A stretch of DNA of 64,000 nucleotides from an uncultured Bdellovibrionales bacterium. GTDB lineage: Bacteria > Patescibacteriota > Minisyncoccia > Moranbacterales > UBA1568. Position numbers and translations under genes: made by a program. This document shows positions 48,752 to 58,595 of the stretch, piece after piece. The DNA lies in the NCBI GenBank assembly GCA_964428075.1, contig CAYRWQ010000001.1, positions 1,806 to 65,805 on the forward strand. Reading direction: 5' to 3'. How positions within the stretch are numbered: the stretch's first letter is position 1; every line of letters starts with the position of its first letter. The notes under the pieces were generated by a model that saw nothing but the letters and a program-made list of their open reading frames with translations, had not been told where the DNA came from and did not search any database.

Positions 48752-49039
48752 ATGGCACATAGAAAAGCCGGTGGTTCCACCAGTCTAGGCCGCGATTCGG
48801 CATCCCAGCGTCTTGGCATCAAGATCTTCGGCGATCAATTAGCGGAAATCGGCAATATTATTCTCCGTCAACGCGGAACAAAGTTTCATCCAGGTACCGG
48901 GGTAGCTCGCGCCTGCGATGACACATTATTTGCCATGATCAATGGTAAAGTACGGTTTCAGGTGAAGAAGGTCGTGAGTTTCACCGGGCGACTTGTCAAA
49001 CGTACTTTTGTACACGTGATCGCTGAAGGGAAAAAATAA
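48752..49039 (+). CDS. rpmA: 50S ribosomal protein L27
   Basis: [29 protein letters not shown] universal L27 N-terminus; no rplU upstream on this strand. Confidence 0.9.
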   Translation: MAHRKAGGSTSLGRDSASQRLGIKIFGDQLAEIGNIILRQRGTKFHPGTGVARACDDTLFAMINGKVRFQVKKVVSFTGRLVKRTFVHVIAEGKK

Positions 49040-49101
49040 GCGAACTCTTGTAGTTCCCCTCACGTGCTCCACGAAAACGCGCAAACTACCATTGTCGAAC
49101 A

Positions 49102-49135
49102 AAATACCGGCCAGTACATTGGCTGGTATTTTCTT
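49102..49135 (+). terminator. Rho-independent terminator-like hairpin after rpmA
   Basis: aataccggccag tacat tggctggtatt followed by tttctt; stem with G:U pairs plus T-tract. Confidence 0.4.
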
Positions 49136-49197
49136 ATATCAAGTATCCAAGCCATGTGCGCAGAGATCCATCCTACTTCCCTAACACAGACAGCTCG

Positions 49198-50346
49198 TTA
49201 TTTCTGCAAACATACAGATAATGCCCTGGCGGTCTTGTCCCAAGAGAATTGTGCTGCTTGGACTGGTCCAGCTAAACGCAGTGCGTCCCGTAACTCTTTA
49301 GAAAGCAATACTTGACGCAACGACTGCAGGATTTCTTCTGGTCTGTATGGATCGATCAGCACAGCACTCGTGCCCACAACCTCAGGTACAGATGAAGCGT
49401 GCGAAGCGATAACCGGCACGCCGCAAGCAAGGGCTTCAAGCGGCGGAAAACCAAAACCCTCATACAACGAAGGATATACAAAAACAGTGGCAAGCGAATA
49501 CATACCAGATTTATCCTCATCAGCCACAAAACCAGTCAAAATAATTTTTTCCTTTACTGGTGATTGTTCTACCCGTTCAAAAAATTCCTGAGAATCCCAA
49601 CCGTCATGACCCGCAATCACTAAGGAATACTTGGTCAGTTCAAGGTGTCCGCTCGCGTGCATAGTTTCGAATGCCTGAAGCAAAGCAATAAGATTCTTCC
49701 GCGGTTCTATGGTCCCAAAGGAGAGGATAAATTTGTACGGCAGGTGATACCTCTTCTGAATCGCTAAAAGCGAAACATCATTGCGACTCACAGGACGAAA
49801 AACATCACGCACTCCGCTCCATATCACAGTAATCTTCTCCGATGGCGTATGATACACCGCGCGCAAATCATCCGCTGTTGATTGCGAAACCGCAATAATC
49901 TGGTCAGCACGCCGCACGAGCTTTCGAAAATTCACAAAAACGTGCCACAGCCGCCGCTTCCAAGAAAAAGTTTCGGGGAACAGTTCAAACGAAAGATCGT
50001 GCGCGGTAACCACAAGCCGCGCCTTCTGTGAGAGTGCGATAAAATTAAGATTCGGCAAAAAAAATACATCCACACCCCCAAGCATCTGGTCTACCTTTGG
50101 CCAGTTGAAATACCAAAAACAAAAATTCAGCAGCTTGTTCGGCCAGCGAAAGGTTCGAACAGTAACATTCGGATATTGCTTCACCCAGCCAAAATCGGAC
50201 TGAGCGATATTATGCGCATTCACAAAAAGCACAAAGGTGTTCTCCGTATCCTGTCTGAAGAGTGCTTCGCAGAGCGTCCGAACATATTCTTCGACTCCCG
50301 AATGTATTCCTCCCTGTAGGCAACGCGTGTCGATCCCGATTCTCAT
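49198..50346 (-). CDS. GT4 glycosyltransferase
   Basis: [21 protein letters not shown] start, C-terminal [23 protein letters not shown]. Confidence 0.85.
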   Translation of the reverse strand: MRIGIDTRCLQGGIHSGVEEYVRTLCEALFRQDTENTFVLFVNAHNIAQSDFGWVKQYPNVTVRTFRWPNKLLNFCFWYFNWPKVDQMLGGVDVFFLPNLNFIALSQKARLVVTAHDLSFELFPETFSWKRRLWHVFVNFRKLVRRADQIIAVSQSTADDLRAVYHTPSEKITVIWSGVRDVFRPVSRNDVSLLAIQKRYHLPYKFILSFGTIEPRKNLIALLQAFETMHASGHLELTKYSLVIAGHDGWDSQEFFERVEQSPVKEKIILTGFVADEDKSGMYSLATVFVYPSLYEGFGFPPLEALACGVPVIASHASSVPEVVGTSAVLIDPYRPEEILQSLRQVLLSKELRDALRLAGPVQAAQFSWDKTARALSVCLQK

Positions 50347-50370
50347 ACCAGTACACCCTGCGTCAAAACC

Positions 50371-51018
50371 TTATACCCTTCTCTCCCGTTTGTGCCGTTC
50401 CTCCGGTGCTTTCCAAGAAATCAAAATCGCAATGCCCCAAAGCCCTACAAAACCACCAGCGAGCACCCCTACGAGTGCTGCCGAGAGCCAGGTTACCCGC
50501 GCATCAGACAACACCGGTTCGCTACCGACTACCACAAACCACCCCTTATTTGCTTCTCCTTGATTCAGATTGTCAGTGTATACATTCAGCACCTTCACGA
50601 TGGCATCCGCCTCTCTCTCGAGTACTGCTTGTTCTCGATTTTCAAAGGAAAGTTCGATGACCTGCGATGAAAGTCGTTTGGCACTGATCAGACGCTTCAA
50701 CGCGCGCTCCGAGTACAAAGCACTATCCAATCCTGATTCCGTCAGAATATCGGACACTACCCTCGGTGACTGCAGCCATCGTACTACTGTATCTCCAAAA
50801 CGTTCATCCGCCTGCAACCGGTAAAAACTGTCATAAGCATACTCATCTCCAGATATTGCCTGCTCGCCCTTCCGACCGACATTTAGGAGGAGCGCCGCCC
50901 GGTAATGCATCGGCTGACTCATCTGCCACACAAACGCCAGAAAAAAAGCACACGCCATAATCACAGCGAAAAGCCTCCGTTCTTCCCAATACCGCTTCAC
51001 AATATCTCGGAATTCCAT
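50371..51018 (-). CDS. Wzz-like bitopic membrane protein (chain-length-determinant topology)
   Basis: N-terminal TM (LFAVIMACAFFLAFVW) and C-terminal TM (LSAALVGVLAGGFVGLWGIAILI) flanking about 150 aa soluble domain. Confidence 0.4.
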   Translation of the reverse strand: MEFRDIVKRYWEERRLFAVIMACAFFLAFVWQMSQPMHYRAALLLNVGRKGEQAISGDEYAYDSFYRLQADERFGDTVVRWLQSPRVVSDILTESGLDSALYSERALKRLISAKRLSSQVIELSFENREQAVLEREADAIVKVLNVYTDNLNQGEANKGWFVVVGSEPVLSDARVTWLSAALVGVLAGGFVGLWGIAILISWKAPEERHKRERRV

Positions 51019-51027
51019 AAGATAGGT

Positions 51028-52158
51028 CTATGATATGGCGCGTTTCCCTGCCTGAGACCGCCTCGCCACATGCGCGAATACTTCGCTCTCAATATAGTGT
51101 TTCATCTTAACCCGAAACTGCTCTTTGTCAAAACGGACCACCTGTGAACGGATATATTCGGGATCGAAAGACAAACCCTCGAAACGCTGCACCGCATCTA
51201 CGATCGCCTGACTCGTCTGCTCTTCGAAAAAAACGCCCATCTTCCCCTCCTGCACATGTTCGGGGATATCTCCGCCCCGATAGGCAACCAGTGGCCGTCC
51301 GGAGGCCAACGCCTCAATGGCGACGATACCGAAATCTTCTTCCTGCGGAAAAACAAAACCACGGCACTCAGCATAATATTTCGGCAGGTCCGCTTCATCT
51401 ACTCGACCAAGAAACTGAATCGTTGGGCCCGCCAGGCTTTTCAAGCGCTCCAGCTCCGGACCACGCCCGATGATTTTAAGCGGTAGTCCGAGCTGATTGA
51501 ATGCATCAATGGCAATGTCGTGCCGCTTGTAAGCGATAAGACGTCCGACCATAAGATAATAATCACCCTGAACCGATACGATACTGAAACGACTCATCTC
51601 TACCGGCGGATGAATAACGGTGACTTCCTTTCGATAATACTTCCGGATACGCGCAGCAACGAAATGAGAATTCGCTATGACACGATCAACTCGCTCGGCA
51701 CTCGCCCGATCCCATAAACGAATGGCATTCATGAAAAACGGCACCAACTTTTTCACAAAACGGGGAAAGCCAAAATCTTCCGTATATTTCTGACAATCAT
51801 CCCAAGCATAACGCATCGGCGTATGTATATACGAAATGTGCAGTGTCTCGGGACGAGTAATCACGCCCTTAGCATAGCTCGATGAGTCTGAAAGCACCAC
51901 ATCATACTTCGAGAAATCAAATTGTTCAATAGCAAGTGGCATGAGCGACGGGAACAATCGGTGGTGCTTGCGTACAAAACGGTACTTTTGAAGAAACGAA
52001 GTGTATATCCGCTTATCAAAAAAAACACCATGCATCGCTTCCGGATCATGGATGAGCGTATAGATTGGTGCATACGGGTACAATTCAGTAAAAGCCTCGA
52101 GTACCCGCTCGGCTCCTCCGTACTGCACCAAATAGTCATGTACCAGGGCAATCTTCAT
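51028..52158 (-). CDS. GT4 glycosyltransferase
   Basis: MKIALVHDYLVQYGGAERV start; FPQEEDFGIVAIEALASGRPLVA. Confidence 0.85.
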   Translation of the reverse strand: MKIALVHDYLVQYGGAERVLEAFTELYPYAPIYTLIHDPEAMHGVFFDKRIYTSFLQKYRFVRKHHRLFPSLMPLAIEQFDFSKYDVVLSDSSSYAKGVITRPETLHISYIHTPMRYAWDDCQKYTEDFGFPRFVKKLVPFFMNAIRLWDRASAERVDRVIANSHFVAARIRKYYRKEVTVIHPPVEMSRFSIVSVQGDYYLMVGRLIAYKRHDIAIDAFNQLGLPLKIIGRGPELERLKSLAGPTIQFLGRVDEADLPKYYAECRGFVFPQEEDFGIVAIEALASGRPLVAYRGGDIPEHVQEGKMGVFFEEQTSQAIVDAVQRFEGLSFDPEYIRSQVVRFDKEQFRVKMKHYIESEVFAHVARRSQAGKRAIS

Positions 52159-52492
52159 ATTTCGGAATCATGTATTCTATCACTCGGCACGTCTACAAAC
52201 CAACAGACGCGCTATACAATCTCGTATCTCTCTGCATGAAATGACCGGTACCCCCTGAAGTGGTGTGCCAATTGCAAACAGTTCTTCGGCCCTTCCACAT
52301 ACCAATCTTTTCTCCGTCATACCAATGGTCTCAATATCTGACATACTCGACACAGCTCCTGATTATAGAACAGGCTCCCGGCTTCACAATCGGCCCATCA
52401 TCCGATCCTTCATCGCAATGAACACTCAAACTGAGCCAGTACTCATCATTCCAACGCGCCATGCCCGCTCTCCGATTCATCCGTGCAATAGC

Positions 52493-53446
52493 TCAAACTC
52501 CGTAATATTCCCGATACCAATCAACAAAGTTCCTGATCCCAACATCGATGCGAGTAGTCGGCTGCCAACCAAGACCACGCAACTTGTCAATATTGGCTAC
52601 GGTACTCACGACATCTCCTGGTTGCATCGGCATCAGTTTTTTCTTGGCGACTTTACCTGTACAGGTCTCGATGGTTTCGATGAAAGCCAGGAGCGTCTCC
52701 TCGCGATCACCGCCGATATTTATGACATCACATGGCAAGTTTGCATCCAAAACCGTCAATGTCCCTGACACAATATCATCGATATAGGTAAAGTTTCGGC
52801 TCATATTACCGAAATTGTACACCTCAATTTCTTCACCACCGAGAATATGCTTTGTAAAATTGAAGAGGGCCATATCGGGTCGCCCCCACGGGCCGTACAC
52901 CGTAAAAAAACGGAGTCCCGTCGTCGGCAATTGATAAATATGACTAAAGGTATGCGCCATCAGCTCTGTCGCCTTCTTAGTCGCGGCATACGGAGAAATC
53001 GGTGTGTCGACATTGTCTGTCTCCGAAAAAGGTGGCGTATTCTTACCATAAATTGAAGAAGATGAGGCGTAGACGAAATTTTTGATACCGTGATTCACAG
53101 AAAGATTCAACAGGTTAGTCGTTCCAAGTACATTGACATCGGCATACAGGAGCGGGTCCTTCAAAGAACTCCGTACCCCAGCCATGGCTGCAAGATGAAT
53201 GATCTTCTCCGGCTTCTCTTCCACAAAGACCTTCTGCATAAAACTGACATCCCGAATATCTCCCTCACGCACCACAAAACGTCCCGTATAATCACCTAAA
53301 AGACGGGATATGCGATCACGTTTCAGTTGCGGATCATAGTAGTCGTTAAAATTGTCTACCAGAATCGGGACATCGTTCCTTTTCAGGCACCTCAAGGCAC
53401 ACGCGCTCCCAATGAATCCCGCTCCACCCGTAATAAGCACATTCAT
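52493..53446 (-). CDS. UDP-glucuronate 4-epimerase-like extended SDR
   Basis: MNVLITGGAGFIGS, DNFNDYYDPQLKRDRI (hallmark of the UDP-GlcA 4-epimerase clade), YAATKKA catalytic YxxxK. Confidence 0.7.
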   Translation of the reverse strand: MNVLITGGAGFIGSACALRCLKRNDVPILVDNFNDYYDPQLKRDRISRLLGDYTGRFVVREGDIRDVSFMQKVFVEEKPEKIIHLAAMAGVRSSLKDPLLYADVNVLGTTNLLNLSVNHGIKNFVYASSSSIYGKNTPPFSETDNVDTPISPYAATKKATELMAHTFSHIYQLPTTGLRFFTVYGPWGRPDMALFNFTKHILGGEEIEVYNFGNMSRNFTYIDDIVSGTLTVLDANLPCDVINIGGDREETLLAFIETIETCTGKVAKKKLMPMQPGDVVSTVANIDKLRGLGWQPTTRIDVGIRNFVDWYREYYGV

Positions 53447-53525
53447 ACTTTTTTCTCTTAATACCGTACTTAGACTCGATGCCAGCGACCCATGCTCCTT
53501 CATATACACTCAACACCCTGTAAAG

Positions 53526-54617
53526 TTAAGTGTCGTTTTCTGTCGTATCAGGGACCACGGCAGGTATTGCTTCGTCCGGGAAAGACTCAGGGAGGCCATC
53601 TCGTTCATTTTCTCGCCTATCAAAACTCCAGTCAACCATCTCAAAGGAACGCTGATTCTGGCCAGGTCTCCGGAAGAGAATTTCTGCCTCACGTGTCCGC
53701 TTCGCATAACGCAATTCTAGAGTCGCGAAACTCCCCAAGGCTGGTTCATTGACCAAGGTATCTACCACGAAATACTGAATACCGTTCCGCTCTTCGGAAT
53801 ACCCAAAAGGACTATGTCCAGAAACTACGGCCACCACATTGCCAGCCTCTTCAAGAACGCGCCGTACCTCCCCAGCATTTACGATATTCACTGCGAAGAC
53901 ACCGGCTACATTCGGGGACTGAATCGGAGCGTGATGAGAAAACATGATAACTGGCCGATCCGTCTGCAACGCTTCCGCCAACCAACGCAACTCATCTCTG
54001 CTTACAAAACCGGTAACGTATTGTTTCGCACTCCGATCGGACCCGTCTTGATTGAAATTAGTATCCAGCACGATGAGCCGCCATTCTCCGATATCCCGAA
54101 TCGCGTGATTGTCTTCCAAACCTAATACCTCACGCACTTCAGATTTCGTGAGTGAACGCAAATCATGGTTCCCAAGCGCATACAGACGAGGCGCGGTTAA
54201 TCCCTGAAACAGGGCGTCGGCTACAGCCAATTGTGCCTTGGCTTTCTCTGGTGGCACACCCGTACTCTCGATATAATCTCCGCCACCAACCACAATATCC
54301 GGCACAAAAACATCATTGAGATACTTAACTACCTGCTCCAACTCATACGGTGCTTGCAAAGTTAACTTGTGCTTCATACGCTTTCGATGACCGTATTCCC
54401 AGTCGGTCACAAAACCAACCTTCAATACACTCACTTCATCCATCGAAACCGGTTGTGGGCGTACAAAGAGCGGAAGCTCCATACGCTGACCACGCTGCCA
54501 ATACCATCCTGTGAAACCCGCAATGCAAATTGTCGCCCCGGCAATACACAACACAATGACACGAGTTCTTTTCCGATCAACATGCAAGATTACTGCCCAT
54601 TTCATAACGTTATACAC
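53526..54617 (-). CDS. Membrane-anchored calcineurin-like metallophosphoesterase
   Basis: N-terminal TM; GGGDY, GNHD, VVSGHSP metallophosphatase motifs. Confidence 0.7.
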   Translation of the reverse strand: MYNVMKWAVILHVDRKRTRVIVLCIAGATICIAGFTGWYWQRGQRMELPLFVRPQPVSMDEVSVLKVGFVTDWEYGHRKRMKHKLTLQAPYELEQVVKYLNDVFVPDIVVGGGDYIESTGVPPEKAKAQLAVADALFQGLTAPRLYALGNHDLRSLTKSEVREVLGLEDNHAIRDIGEWRLIVLDTNFNQDGSDRSAKQYVTGFVSRDELRWLAEALQTDRPVIMFSHHAPIQSPNVAGVFAVNIVNAGEVRRVLEEAGNVVAVVSGHSPFGYSEERNGIQYFVVDTLVNEPALGSFATLELRYAKRTREAEILFRRPGQNQRSFEMVDWSFDRRENERDGLPESFPDEAIPAVVPDTTENDT

Positions 54618-54632
54618 AAAAAGTTATTCGCG

Positions 54633-55874
54633 CTATCCACCTCTCTTCGAGGCGTGTTTTTTTAAGTGAATACTCTGGTATATCTTTTCCAATTTTTGTG
54701 CTGATTGTACCCAGGTGAAACGTTCAATTCGTTTCCGGTTCATCTCGCCCTGATTCGCCAATAACACCGGGTCACCGAGCATATGGATAAGTAACTTGGC
54801 AAGTCCAACTGCCGAGACCTCGGACGCATAATTACCACCCGCGCCAAGATACTCGCGATTATTATTCGTGTCAAAACAAGCAACGGGCAATCCGGCTCCC
54901 ATATACTGGAGTAGTTTCCCGCTCGCCTGTCTCACTTGTGATTCCTTTGGATCAACGCCGATATCTGCCATCTGGAGTATACCGGGCAAATCGAAATACA
55001 AGAGAGGCGAAATGACCGTAACGTGCTCACGAAACACATCGGTGGCAAGATATGACTCAATCTTATCTATCGGAAATCCAGCAATGATAAAGTGCACCTG
55101 CAAACCCTGTGCGGCGACCAATGGAATTGCGTCCAAAAAAAACTGAATACCCTTATTCGGAATAAGTGCACCTGTATAGATCACTACTGTCTTATCTTGT
55201 GGTATACCATAACGCTCACGCCAGATCCTCCGTTCCGGCTTCTGAGGGAACATATCAAGACGCGTTCCATCCAGCAATGTTTCAACTGCCCTCCCATGCC
55301 GAATATGCCGTACCGACTCCGTGTTTTCCCAGGAGCTTGTAACTGCCACATCACCGAGGTTATCAATGACCTCCTCTATCCAACGAAAGAATTTCCGAAG
55401 TATGCCCTGACCCAAATATTGGTGTGAAACCATTTCCTGAACCAAGCTCCCATGAAAATCCGCGACTAAGCCAATACGTTGCCAGAAAAGTAGCTTCTGT
55501 ACAATCCAACCAATCAACGCGCCCTCGTGCAAATGTCCATGAATGATATCGGGGTGTTTCATCCGTGCAAGGAAAAACACTTTTTTGATCAGCAAGAGAT
55601 CTAAAATAATTTTCTGCCAATCTGGTCCCGCCTCAAACTTACGATACCAAAAAAGAAACCGACGGATACGCCGAACATCAACTTTCGATTCCAGTCCTGC
55701 TGGAATATTCTTACCAATATGATAAGTGGCAATGGTTATTTCATGCCCAAGATATTCAAGCGCGAGCGCTTCTTCAAGGATACGGATGTGTGTGCCCCGA
55801 TCGGAAAAAAATGGTGTTGGAGCGACAACAAGCACCTTCAATTTTCGGACAGTCTGAGACATAGAAAACAACAC
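54633..55874 (-). CDS. GT4 glycosyltransferase
   Basis: LKVLVVAPTPFFSDRGTHIRILE N-terminus; GT4-like C-terminal half. Confidence 0.8.
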   Translation of the reverse strand: MLFSMSQTVRKLKVLVVAPTPFFSDRGTHIRILEEALALEYLGHEITIATYHIGKNIPAGLESKVDVRRIRRFLFWYRKFEAGPDWQKIILDLLLIKKVFFLARMKHPDIIHGHLHEGALIGWIVQKLLFWQRIGLVADFHGSLVQEMVSHQYLGQGILRKFFRWIEEVIDNLGDVAVTSSWENTESVRHIRHGRAVETLLDGTRLDMFPQKPERRIWRERYGIPQDKTVVIYTGALIPNKGIQFFLDAIPLVAAQGLQVHFIIAGFPIDKIESYLATDVFREHVTVISPLLYFDLPGILQMADIGVDPKESQVRQASGKLLQYMGAGLPVACFDTNNNREYLGAGGNYASEVSAVGLAKLLIHMLGDPVLLANQGEMNRKRIERFTWVQSAQKLEKIYQSIHLKKHASKRGG

Positions 55875-55961
55875 AGTATCTCAATCTTATCATCCCAGCT
55901 TATCCTATTTCAGGAAAAACAAAAAGTCACCGTAGGCAATTCCGACCCTCAAAAAGGTCAA

Positions 55962-58499
55962 TTAAAGATCTTGAGGCGCAATCGAAAGCGTGCCGCCAGG
56001 ACCCACTGAGCCGACAATCACCTTCCGTGCTACGACATCCTCTACATGTTCAGCAATGTAGCGATTAACCGAACGTGCGCCGAATACCGGATCATACCCA
56101 AGTTCAACGATCCGTGCCGTAACGCCAGGTTCAACGACAATCTGAATATTTTTCTGTTCTTGCACCTGTTCAACGAATTTCCGCAATTTCAACTCAGCGA
56201 TATGCTCCATCTGCGACGTTGACAGCATTTCAAAAAATACGATGGTATCAAAACGATTCAAAAACTCGAGCCGAAAAACACCATTACTCACCACCTGATC
56301 AACGACCCGCTTCCGCATAACGCTAATCGGTATATGCTCTTGAGAGATTTCTTTCACTAAGGCAGAACCGGCATTGGAGGTTGCCGTGATAATGGCATTT
56401 CGGAAACTAATTTTTTCACCAAAAGCGTCAGTAAGCATACCTTCATCGAGCACCTGTAAAAAGATATCCAAAACCTTTGGATGCGCCTTTTCGATTTCAT
56501 CAAGAAGTACGATGCAATATGGATGCTCGTTCATCGCTTTGGTCAAGATACCGGCCGTACCATCCTCTGGAGAACCCAGCAAGCGACTCAAACTATCCGC
56601 TGCTTGAAATTCGCTCATATCAAGACGAAGCATTTTTTCCTCGTCATCAAAAATGGACTCAGCCAATGCTTTCACTGTCTCAGTCTTCCCAACCCCAGTG
56701 GGCCCAAGAAACAGAAAACTTCCAAGAGGACGCTTCAAATCATGAAAACCGGCTCGAGCCTTACGAAGTATCTGTGATACCTGGTTGACCGCCTCATCCT
56801 GCCCGACAACCCGTTCATGTAGTTCGGACTCAAGATTGAGCAGTCTCGTCTGTTCATCCTCACTGATATCCCCGAGCGGCATACCCGTCTTGAGACTCAC
56901 GTATTCATTCACGACTTTTTCATTCAAGAAACGACTAGGCTGATTACGGAAATAAATCATCACCTGCTGTGCCAAGTCGAGCACGCGTTCTGGGTACGGC
57001 ATCTCCCAATTATAACGCCGAGATGACAGAATAAGTGCTTGAATAGCCTGCAGTGTCAGGATGACCTGTTCCCGTTCAGTCAACGCAAAAAACTGGATCA
57101 AGATCGCCTGATTCTCAACAATATTTGGCTGACGGATATAGACTGTTTCAAAAAATTTCAGAATCTGCTCATCCTTTTTAGCGAGAGAATGGTACCGGGT
57201 CGCAACTGCCATGCCGATAAAACGAAATGTAGGCAGTCCAAGGAACTCTTCAAGTAAATGCGTGATATCAGGTCGCGCCGGATCTGTACCCAAAAACAAA
57301 TCTACATCCTCAACCACCAACAGAACATTCCCTGCAGCAGTCGCCTCTTGGAACAACTCTCTCAACGTATACTCAATGTTCTGGTTAGAAGCTAATGTGT
57401 CCTCTACAACCTTTCCCAAGTTAAAAATAAGTACTCGAAGATCGTTCAGCGCGCTTTTTTCAGGGAAAGTACGTTCACGGATCATTTTGGCAAGATGATG
57501 CACGAACATTTTCTTCCCAATACCTGGTTCACCAACCAAGAAGATATTGTTTTGTACCGGCCGTTCAAGAACAACCAGAGCGACTTGAAGTTCGGCCTGT
57601 CTCCCAATCAGCCCCATCTTCCCATATTCAGTCTCATCAGAATAAGACAAGTCAAGACAGTATCGATCCAGGTGCGGTGTATATCCAAAACGCCAACCTT
57701 TCCCGATAGCAATTTTCTTCGAATGATTTTCTGGGAGCCAAAATCTCCACGCATACGTTCGCTCTATAAATGCCCGCTGCTCAATATCAATGGCAGAGGT
57801 AAGCATTTCCTGAGTCACGTTTTTCATCTTCAGGAAGGTACGAAAAGAATACTCACTCACAAAAGCATCTTTCGGCACATCGCGAATCTCGATTTCCAAG
57901 CGTGCTAATACACGCTTGAACCAAGACTGCTCTCGCAGTCTGACAAAATCAATAGCGTCAACTGGCAACACTTCCGGCACACGTATCGAAAAACAGACTA
58001 TGGCAAATAATACTCCTACGCCACTCGCAAGGTATATCCACTGCGTATACGAGAAATCTCCATTCAGCATCCAGTAGACCACACCGCCAGCAATCGGCAG
58101 TACCGGTGCCGTCAAAAACCAAAAATAAAGTATTATCACGCCAACCGAAGAAATGAGAAACGCAATCATTCCGAACAAAACGACCGGTAGTCGAACACAC
58201 ATGCCAAGAAAACGTGACAGAGTGTTATTAATGTATCTCTTCAACGCCTGGATCGGATGGAAGCCTCGTTCGTGGCGATATTCGATATCTCGTTTCCAAG
58301 GCGCAAACAGCGTACACGCGAGTTCCAATGTGTTAAAACGGAACAATATCAAACTCAAAATCAACCACACGTTGGTCAACCCGTACTGCACACCCTCCCG
58401 GTAATACCACCGAACAAAAAGAAAAAGGAAACTCATCAAATATTTTTTTATTTTCCCCTCTGACCTCATTCTACGTCCCTCTTCAGACTTTGACAACAA
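55962..58499 (-). CDS. Membrane-anchored Clp/Hsp100-family double AAA+ ATPase with degenerate D1
   Basis: about 190-aa N-terminal domain with 4 TM helices; D1-like region GEPGIGKK / LLVVEDVDLF (Walker A T-to-K, Walker B DE-to-ED); canonical D2 GPTGVGKTE, IVLLDEIEKAH, ITATSNAGS, GARSVNRYI. Confidence 0.75.
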   Translation of the reverse strand: MLSKSEEGRRMRSEGKIKKYLMSFLFLFVRWYYREGVQYGLTNVWLILSLILFRFNTLELACTLFAPWKRDIEYRHERGFHPIQALKRYINNTLSRFLGMCVRLPVVLFGMIAFLISSVGVIILYFWFLTAPVLPIAGGVVYWMLNGDFSYTQWIYLASGVGVLFAIVCFSIRVPEVLPVDAIDFVRLREQSWFKRVLARLEIEIRDVPKDAFVSEYSFRTFLKMKNVTQEMLTSAIDIEQRAFIERTYAWRFWLPENHSKKIAIGKGWRFGYTPHLDRYCLDLSYSDETEYGKMGLIGRQAELQVALVVLERPVQNNIFLVGEPGIGKKMFVHHLAKMIRERTFPEKSALNDLRVLIFNLGKVVEDTLASNQNIEYTLRELFQEATAAGNVLLVVEDVDLFLGTDPARPDITHLLEEFLGLPTFRFIGMAVATRYHSLAKKDEQILKFFETVYIRQPNIVENQAILIQFFALTEREQVILTLQAIQALILSSRRYNWEMPYPERVLDLAQQVMIYFRNQPSRFLNEKVVNEYVSLKTGMPLGDISEDEQTRLLNLESELHERVVGQDEAVNQVSQILRKARAGFHDLKRPLGSFLFLGPTGVGKTETVKALAESIFDDEEKMLRLDMSEFQAADSLSRLLGSPEDGTAGILTKAMNEHPYCIVLLDEIEKAHPKVLDIFLQVLDEGMLTDAFGEKISFRNAIITATSNAGSALVKEISQEHIPISVMRKRVVDQVVSNGVFRLEFLNRFDTIVFFEMLSTSQMEHIAELKLRKFVEQVQEQKNIQIVVEPGVTARIVELGYDPVFGARSVNRYIAEHVEDVVARKVIVGSVGPGGTLSIAPQDL

Positions 58500-58595
58500 T
58501 CAAGGAACGAATGCTATCCCTAGCGGGCATCTCACATGATCAGAAAATCAAAATGTATTTGAAAGAACTCGCGTTTCAGCCTATACTTCATCCTA

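Noticed and set aside
52265..52768. 167-aa plus-strand ORF
   Set aside because: Overlaps the 3-prime end of the well-supported UDP-GlcA epimerase gene on the opposite strand and runs through the C-rich spacer. Pro/Ser-rich composition typical of antisense translation.
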